A stretch of 27,914 bases of DNA from a virus (lineage: Duplodnaviria > Heunggongvirae > Uroviricota > Caudoviricetes): IMG/VR virus record IMGVR_UViG_2913118216_000009; one strand, given 5' to 3'. The first letter of the stretch is position 1; the number at the start of each line of letters is the position of its first letter. The translations under genes and the position numbers were made by a program. Below the pieces are notes generated by a model. The model made no database searches. It worked only from the letters and a program-made list of their open reading frames with translations, and was not told the DNA's origin. This document shows positions 26,005-27,914 of this stretch, piece by piece.

Positions 26005-26574
26005 ATGATAGATTACAAGACTGCATCTAAAGACCAATTAAAAGTAGAAATGAAACGATTGTCTGCCGCTGTTTCAGATACGCCATTTGGTACAAAAAAA
26101 GAATTTTTTCATCTTCCCGAAGTTTTAAACACCGGCGAGGAACCGCTTGGCATAGTAAGCGGTATGATGGATGGCAACACCTGGTTAATAACTTTAACTA
26201 ACCAACGCGTTATCTTCCTCGATAAAGGGATGATATTTGGTGTTAAGCAGGTCGATATTAGCCTTCGTAACATTGTAAGCGTTGGCGGAAAGACTGGACT
26301 GATATTTGGTGAGATAATGATTTCAACAAGCGGACAGAATTACACCATAAAAAACGTTATAAAATCCTCCGTAATTCCTTTTACCAACCTTGTTAATGAG
26401 ACAAGGAATAGTCTGGACAAGCCACAAGTTATCACCGCTCCTACAAGCTCCAACGAAAAATCTTCATTTGATGATGTCATGGATAAAATTGAACGTTTGG
26501 CTGAAATGAAAGCAGAAGGCATTCTTACTGAAGAAGAATTTCAGCAGCAAAAACAACGCATTTTAAACAGCTAA
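26005..26574 (+). CDS. PH-domain plus SHOCT-domain protein (moron between repressor and integrase)
   Basis: ATG at about 26005 with AAGGAAAA Shine-Dalgarno; central region resembles bacterial PH (YdbS/YokE-like) domains; C-terminus IERLAEMKAEGILTEEEFQQQKQRIL matches the SHOCT motif; strongly AT-rich. Confidence 0.6.
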   Translation: MIDYKTASKDQLKVEMKRLSAAVSDTPFGTKKEFFHLPEVLNTGEEPLGIVSGMMDGNTWLITLTNQRVIFLDKGMIFGVKQVDISLRNIVSVGGKTGLIFGEIMISTSGQNYTIKNVIKSSVIPFTNLVNETRNSLDKPQVITAPTSSNEKSSFDDVMDKIERLAEMKAEGILTEEEFQQQKQRILNS

Positions 26575-26577
26575 GCT

Positions 26578-27618
26578 ATGTCTGTAAGAAAATTAACAAA
26601 TGGCCAGTGGATTGCCGATTTCTACACGGTGGATCGAAGCAATGGTAAAGCCGGTAAGCGTATTCGTAAAAAATTCGCTACAAAAGGCGAAGCCCTGGCC
26701 TACGAGAACTATACGCTTCAGCAAGTGGAGAACTCCCCCTGGCTTGGCGAGGGTAAAGACCTCCGTACTCTAAGCGACCTAATCAACATGTGGTACGAAC
26801 GCCACGGCGTAGCTTTGCGCAACGGTCAAAAGCGTAAAGACGCAATGACATGGGCGGCGGAGTGTATGGGATTCCCGCTGGCCACAGAGTTTAATGCTCA
26901 ACTGTTTACAGCATACCGCGCAAAAAGGCTTGATGGGCATTATGCCCGCACTAACAGAGTATCCAAGGTTTCCCCGAAAACAATGAACCTTGAACATGCT
27001 TACTTTCTGGCTATGTTCAATGAGCTTAAACGGATTGGAGAATGGTCAGCCCCTAACCCACTGGAAAACGTCAGACAGTATCGCACTGATGAAACCGAAA
27101 TGGCTTTCCTCACTGCTGAAGAAATTGATCGGCTTTTGCTGGAATGCAAACGCAGTAAAGTAAGTTACTTAGAGTTAGTAGTAAAAATTTGCCTGGCGAC
27201 CGGCGCAAGGTGGAATGAAGCGGCGACACTCAAAAGCTCCCAGATTGCTGGCGGAAAAGTCACCTTCATAAAAACAAAAGGGAAAAGGAACCGTACCATT
27301 CCCTTAGATGATGAACTTCTGGCTGAAATTTCGGAAACAAAAGGCGCTCTGTTTCCGAAGCCCTGCTATAACGCTTTTCGTTCCGCCCTGGAACGTGCAG
27401 GTATTGAATTGCCTTCTGGTCAGCTAACCCACGTATTACGCCATACATTTGCCAGCCACTTTATGATGAATGGCGGGAACATTCTGGTTCTGCAAAAAAT
27501 TCTCGGCCACGCTGACATCACTATGACAATGCGTTATGCCCATTTCGCCCCAAGCCACCTTGAAGATGCTATGCGACTTAACCCCTTAAAATGTCGCAAA
27601 AATGTCGCTGCAGCTTAG
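26578..27618 (+). CDS. int: Tyrosine integrase (P2/186 family site-specific recombinase)
   Basis: 346-aa ORF; C-terminal catalytic region HVLRHTFASHFMMNGGNILVLQKILGHADITMTMRYAHF with the conserved R...H-x-x-R...Y arrangement; located at the prophage end. Confidence 0.9.
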   Translation: MSVRKLTNGQWIADFYTVDRSNGKAGKRIRKKFATKGEALAYENYTLQQVENSPWLGEGKDLRTLSDLINMWYERHGVALRNGQKRKDAMTWAAECMGFPLATEFNAQLFTAYRAKRLDGHYARTNRVSKVSPKTMNLEHAYFLAMFNELKRIGEWSAPNPLENVRQYRTDETEMAFLTAEEIDRLLLECKRSKVSYLELVVKICLATGARWNEAATLKSSQIAGGKVTFIKTKGKRNRTIPLDDELLAEISETKGALFPKPCYNAFRSALERAGIELPSGQLTHVLRHTFASHFMMNGGNILVLQKILGHADITMTMRYAHFAPSHLEDAMRLNPLKCRKNVAAA

Positions 27619-27785
27619 AAATACTGCCGAATACTCACAGATATTAACTAACGTAACTTATTGATAACACTGTAAGTTATTGTTTTTCGTAGATAGTTGA
27701 TGCTTTATAATATAGCCTGTGCTATATCTGTATGTAATGCAATCATCCCTCATGGAACGACGGGATTAGCAAGTCAGGAGGTCTT
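27619..27785. other. Putative attP / prophage-host junction region
   Basis: AT-rich non-coding stretch directly downstream of int; direct repeats AACTTATTG / AAGTTATTG; an IHF-consensus match (TATCAATAAGTTA on the minus strand, about 27655-27667); small palindrome ATATAG..CTATAT. Confidence 0.35.
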
Positions 27786-27914
27786 ATGAATGAGTTCAAG
27801 AGGTGTATGCGCGTGTTTAGTCACTCTCCCTTTAAAGTACGCTTAATGCTGCTCTCGATGTTGTGCGATATGGTCAACAACAAACCGCAGCAAGATAAAC
27901 CTTCCGATAAATAG
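27786..27914 (+). CDS. Small ORF (about 42 aa) with strong ribosome-binding site; prophage moron or host flank
   Basis: AGGAGG about 6 nt upstream of the ATG; translation MNEFKRCMRVFSHSPFKVRLMLLSMLCDMVNNKPQQDKPSDK ends at the window edge; below the ORF-track length cutoff. Confidence 0.35.
   Translation: MNEFKRCMRVFSHSPFKVRLMLLSMLCDMVNNKPQQDKPSDK

Noticed and set aside
1-27914. CRISPR arrays, tRNA/rRNA genes, insertion sequences or transposases
   Set aside because: No regularly spaced direct repeats, no tRNA-like sequence near the att region, and no transposase-like ORF or terminal inverted repeats were seen; the only mobile element is the prophage itself.

Overview
The window is almost entirely one temperate P2/186-like myovirus prophage, read by eye without database searches. 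From left to right: an AT-rich hexapeptide acetyltransferase gene (+); a long minus-strand late operon encoding baseplate hub, tail fiber and its chaperone, baseplate wedge proteins, tape measure, a tail chaperone with a probable programmed frameshift, a spanin/endolysin/holin lysis cassette, tube, sheath, and P2-type head genes (L, M, N, O homologues); plus-strand terminase large subunit, portal and an Ogr/Delta-type zinc-finger activator; minus-strand replication gene A and small early genes; a 186-style switch (CII and Apl/Cox leftward, CI rightward); an AT-rich PH-domain/SHOCT gene; a tyrosine integrase and a putative attP. No rRNA, tRNA, CRISPR array or IS element was seen. The most novel-looking candidates are the PH/SHOCT moron between repressor and integrase, and a small ORF behind a LexA-box-like palindrome downstream of gene A. 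The tail gene order is not P2-like (lysis cassette sits between tube and tape measure; hub is at the distal end). Coordinates follow the supplied ORF track; in at least one stretch (about 9.8-10.2 kb) my base-by-base reading disagreed with the track by 1 nt, so fine coordinates may be off by 1.
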